This document shows positions 61,284-64,000 of a stretch of DNA of 64,000 nt, piece after piece. Under the pieces are notes generated by a model. The model had not been told where the DNA came from, ran no database searches, and was given only the letters and a program-made list of their open reading frames with translations. This stretch comes from an uncultured Gammaproteobacteria bacterium (GTDB lineage: Bacteria > Patescibacteriota > Patescibacteriia > UBA1558 > 2-01-FULL-52-15). The position numbers and the translations under genes were made by a program. The DNA lies in assembly GCA_964402565.1 (NCBI GenBank), contig CAYOCJ010000001.1:160079-224078 (forward strand), written 5' to 3'. Position 1 is the first letter of the stretch. Every line of letters starts with the position of its first letter.

Positions 61284-64000
61284 ATGGATAATCAAAGATC
61301 AATTTCAATCATAGTTCCTGCCCTCAATGAGGCTGGTAATATACCCCAGCTGGTTCAGCGTATTCATGACACGCTGACCGTTGCTCAGATCAGGTATGAA
61401 ATCATTCTGATCGACGACCATTCGACCGATGAGACTGTTTCAGTTGCTGAAAAATTTTCAACTTTTTATCCGGTCGTATGCTACTTGAAGCAAGGATTCC
61501 GCGGTAAAGCATATTCATTGATCGAAGGATTCGGTTATGCGAAGTACCCGCTACTCGCAATACTCGATGCTGATCTGCAGTATCCGCCAGAGGCTTTGCC
61601 GGGCATGATACAAAAAATAGTCGGCGGTGCGGATGTGGTCGTTGCAAACCGCGTTTCGCGTGATGAATCGATCTTGCGCACCGTGATCAGTCGGTCTTTC
61701 AATTTCGTTTTCGCCCGTCTGTTGCATGGATTGAATTGCGATGTGCAGTCTGGTATGAAAGTTTTCAGGAAAGAGATCCTCCGGGATGTCACGCTGAATC
61801 CGACGCCGTGGACTTTCGACATGGAATTTTTGATCGAGGCGCGCCAGCGTGCCTATACGATCGACACCGTGGTGATCCCATTTGCAGAGCGCTTAGAAGG
61901 GCAGTCGAAGATCAATATTTTCCGCGCAAGCTATGAGATCGGTTCGAATGCATTGCAATTGAAATTTAAACGCCGCAAACCGCGCCATACTGCGCCCATT
62001 CAGGACGCGTCAATGATAGGCGCGGGTGTGAAGCATAAAGGCAAGCATTTCATAACCCATTCGACATTGCATCACAGCTATTCTGCGATTGAAACATTCG
62101 CGCCATGGCAGCAGCGTTTTAGCATCGCGGCAATAGCGTTATTCGTTATTGGGATTGTTTTTGCACCGTTGGGCACAACTCAATTCGTGATCGCAGTATT
62201 AAGCGTTATTTATTTTATAGACGTCGTTTTTAATTTATTTTTGGTTCGCCGGAGCCTCCATACACCGCCGGAAATTCATTATACCGATGAAGAGCTGAGA
62301 CAAATCGATATCTCTTCACTGCCGGTCTACAGCATCTTGTGCCCGCTCTACAAAGAAGCGCATATTCTGCCCGGCTTCTTGGATGCAATTGCAAAACTTG
62401 ACTGGCCAAAAGAAAAACTGGATGTGCTGTTGCTGCTCGAAGAGAATGATCCTGATACGATTGCCGCTGCACACAGCATGGCCTTGCCCGAGTATGTGCG
62501 CGTTGTGGTCGTGCCGCATTCAATGCCGAAGACAAAACCGAAGGCATGCAATTACGGATTATCGATGGCCCGCGGTGAGTATCTGGTCGTCTATGATGCT
62601 GAAGATATTCCAGATCCGCTGCAGCTCAAGAAAGCTTATTTAGGCTTCCAGAATGTCGGACCTGAAGTGAAGTGCTTGCAGGCTAAGCTGAACTATTTTA
62701 ATCCTCGTCAAAATCTATTGACCAGATTGTTCACTGCAGAGTATTCCCTTTGGTTCGACGTTATATTGACTGGTCTTCAATCGCTCAACACTTATATTCC
62801 GCTCGGAGGAACCAGCAACCACTTTAGAACGAATGACCTGCGTAATCTTGCTGGCTGGGACCCATTCAATGTTACTGAGGATTGTGACCTTGGCATCAGG
62901 CTTTTCAAAGTTGGCTATAAAACGGCTGTCATCGATTCAACGACCCTTGAGGAAGCGAACAGCGATTTCAAAAATTGGCTCCGCCAGCGTTCACGCTGGA
63001 TCAAAGGCTATATGCAGACCTACCTCGTGCATATGCGGCGGCCGGTCCAGTTCAGCAAGGAGAGTAAGCATCATTCGCTTATTTTCCAGCTTGTCGTTGG
63101 CGGCAAAATAGCTTTCGCGCTGATTAATCCTATCCTATGGATAACCACCATCCTGTATTTTACCTTCCGGTCAATTATTGGTCCGTCGATCGAAGCGTTA
63201 TACCCGCCATTTGTTTTCACCATGGCAGGCATGTCGCTTATTTTCGGAAATTTCCTTTGCTTGTACTACTACATGGTCGGCTGTGCGAAACGCGAACAAT
63301 GGGGTTTGATAAAATACGTCTACCTTGTGCCTTTGTACTGGCTCGCGACAAGTATCGCTGCCTATATCGCGCTCTATGAGCTGATCGTTAAACCGCATTA
63401 CTGGCAAAAAACGAATCATGGCCTGCAAAAGGCGCAGCCGGTATTGGCGAACGGAGCTCCTGTGCTAGCTGTGCCGCGCAGATCACTCAGGGCATCAGTG
63501 GTTCGCCTGATCCCTGCCCGATTGCGCGAGCAGGTAGGCACGTCCGGAGGAATGCTTATCTCCGTGATGATGATCTCCAATTTTATCAACCTCTTATTCA
63601 ATGCCTATTTGGGCAGAGAGCTGAATTTTGAAGATTTCGGCGTATTAACCTTGGTGAATACCTTATGGTATTTAGGGTCGGTATTCATTAACGGCGTTAC
63701 CTCTACCATCAATGAACAGACTGCATTTCTCGTAGCGAAGGGTGATACGGCGTCATCAAATCGCTTATTGCACGGCGTTCGATCGAAAGTCATCATCATT
63801 GCTCTAGCCGTGTCTGTGGTATGGGTATTCGCAGTGAGAAGCGTTGCTGCCTTTTTCAATATCGCTGACTCGGAGTCGTTGTTCCTCTTCACGCCGTTGT
63901 TTACCGTCGGCCTCCTTGCCGCAACGAACCGCGGCTATCTGAACGGAACATTCGCGTTCCGTTCGCTTTCCCGCATCATGTTGATCGAAACCATTAGCAA
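61284..64000 (+). CDS. Partial fused glycan synthase (runs off the 3' end): DPM1-like GT2, then a TM segment, then a processive synthase-type GT2 (DxD, TED, QRSRW), then 4 TM, then a Wzx/MOP-flippase-like domain
   Basis: Manual translation shows no stop in this frame from the ATG at 61284 to the window end (more than 905 codons). Domain 1: IVPALNEAGNI...LIDDHSTDET...LDADLQYPPE. Domain 2: DAEDIP, NVTEDCDLGIRL, QRSRW. C-terminal LGRELNFEDFGVLTLVNTLWYLG resembles the Polysacc_synt N-terminus. Confidence 0.7.
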   Translation, partial: MDNQRSISIIVPALNEAGNIPQLVQRIHDTLTVAQIRYEIILIDDHSTDETVSVAEKFSTFYPVVCYLKQGFRGKAYSLIEGFGYAKYPLLAILDADLQYPPEALPGMIQKIVGGADVVVANRVSRDESILRTVISRSFNFVFARLLHGLNCDVQSGMKVFRKEILRDVTLNPTPWTFDMEFLIEARQRAYTIDTVVIPFAERLEGQSKINIFRASYEIGSNALQLKFKRRKPRHTAPIQDASMIGAGVKHKGKHFITHSTLHHSYSAIETFAPWQQRFSIAAIALFVIGIVFAPLGTTQFVIAVLSVIYFIDVVFNLFLVRRSLHTPPEIHYTDEELRQIDISSLPVYSILCPLYKEAHILPGFLDAIAKLDWPKEKLDVLLLLEENDPDTIAAAHSMALPEYVRVVVVPHSMPKTKPKACNYGLSMARGEYLVVYDAEDIPDPLQLKKAYLGFQNVGPEVKCLQAKLNYFNPRQNLLTRLFTAEYSLWFDVILTGLQSLNTYIPLGGTSNHFRTNDLRNLAGWDPFNVTEDCDLGIRLFKVGYKTAVIDSTTLEEANSDFKNWLRQRSRWIKGYMQTYLVHMRRPVQFSKESKHHSLIFQLVVGGKIAFALINPILWITTILYFTFRSIIGPSIEALYPPFVFTMAGMSLIFGNFLCLYYYMVGCAKREQWGLIKYVYLVPLYWLATSIAAYIALYELIVKPHYWQKTNHGLQKAQPVLANGAPVLAVPRRSLRASVVRLIPARLREQVGTSGGMLISVMMISNFINLLFNAYLGRELNFEDFGVLTLVNTLWYLGSVFINGVTSTINEQTAFLVAKGDTASSNRLLHGVRSKVIIIALAVSVVWVFAVRSVAAFFNIADSESLFLFTPLFTVGLLAATNRGYLNGTFAFRSLSRIMLIETIS

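Noticed and set aside
61402-62551. Several minus-strand ORFs (61402-61647, 61535-61822, 62230-62547, 62316-62519, 62348-62551) and plus ORF 61736-61936
   Set aside because: All lie inside or antisense to the long uninterrupted plus-strand GT2 fusion ORF, which has clear catalytic motifs.

Overview
The gene content of this 64 kb window looks like a small-genome Candidate Phyla Radiation (Patescibacteria)-type bacterium. This lineage call is an inference from gene content only. Features include a very large type IV pilus (T4P) supercluster, many small secreted Cys-rich proteins, tandem DsbA paralogs, and few biosynthetic genes.

Gene order along the window:
- 159-1976: two tandem TrbC/VirB2-like pilin paralogs.
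- 1978-6349: radA, a TrpF-like TIM-barrel gene, and recG.
- 6561-8907: an ECF sigma / anti-sigma pair with a divergent Cys-rich membrane protein.
- 8983-9946: a VOC protein, tRNA-Ser(TGA), and a small metal-binding protein.
- 9949-14067: an FtsX/MacB-type ABC pair and a large Ig-repeat surface protein.
- 14151-16064: tRNA-Arg and a tRNA-Ser(GCT) locus. This locus has partial tRNA duplications flanking a GIY-YIG gene and an orphan ORF.
- 16097-21519: a six-gene glycan operon. It encodes a methyltransferase, a UDP-glucuronate decarboxylase (UXS)-glycosyltransferase fusion, a NUDIX hydrolase, a GT4, a CofE-like ligase, and a GT2.
- 22240-26939: comFC, clpC, htpX, and lemA.
- 27259-37518: the T4P assembly operon. 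It encodes pilM, a giant PilN-like protein, PilO-like, pilB, a REC-only regulator, a pilT-like ATPase with a degenerate Walker A, pilC, and two nearly identical major pilin genes.
- 37584-44429: a convergent operon (asnB, methyltransferase, two paralogous polytopic-membrane + TPR proteins) embedded in the pilus cluster. I infer it to be a pilin modification or glycosylation module.
- 44959-51814: pilD, four minor or pseudopilins, and ligA.
- 51860-58579: gatCA, three tandem DsbA-like genes, lgt, tRNA-Asp, and an ABC exporter.
- 58636-61112: small secreted proteins and a flavodoxin.
- 61284 to the window end: a more than 900-codon ORF running off the 3' edge. It is absent from the supplied ORF track. 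It fuses a DPM1-like GT2, a processive synthase-type GT2, and a Wzx-like flippase domain.

No CRISPR array, reverse transcriptase, integrase or transposase was recognised.
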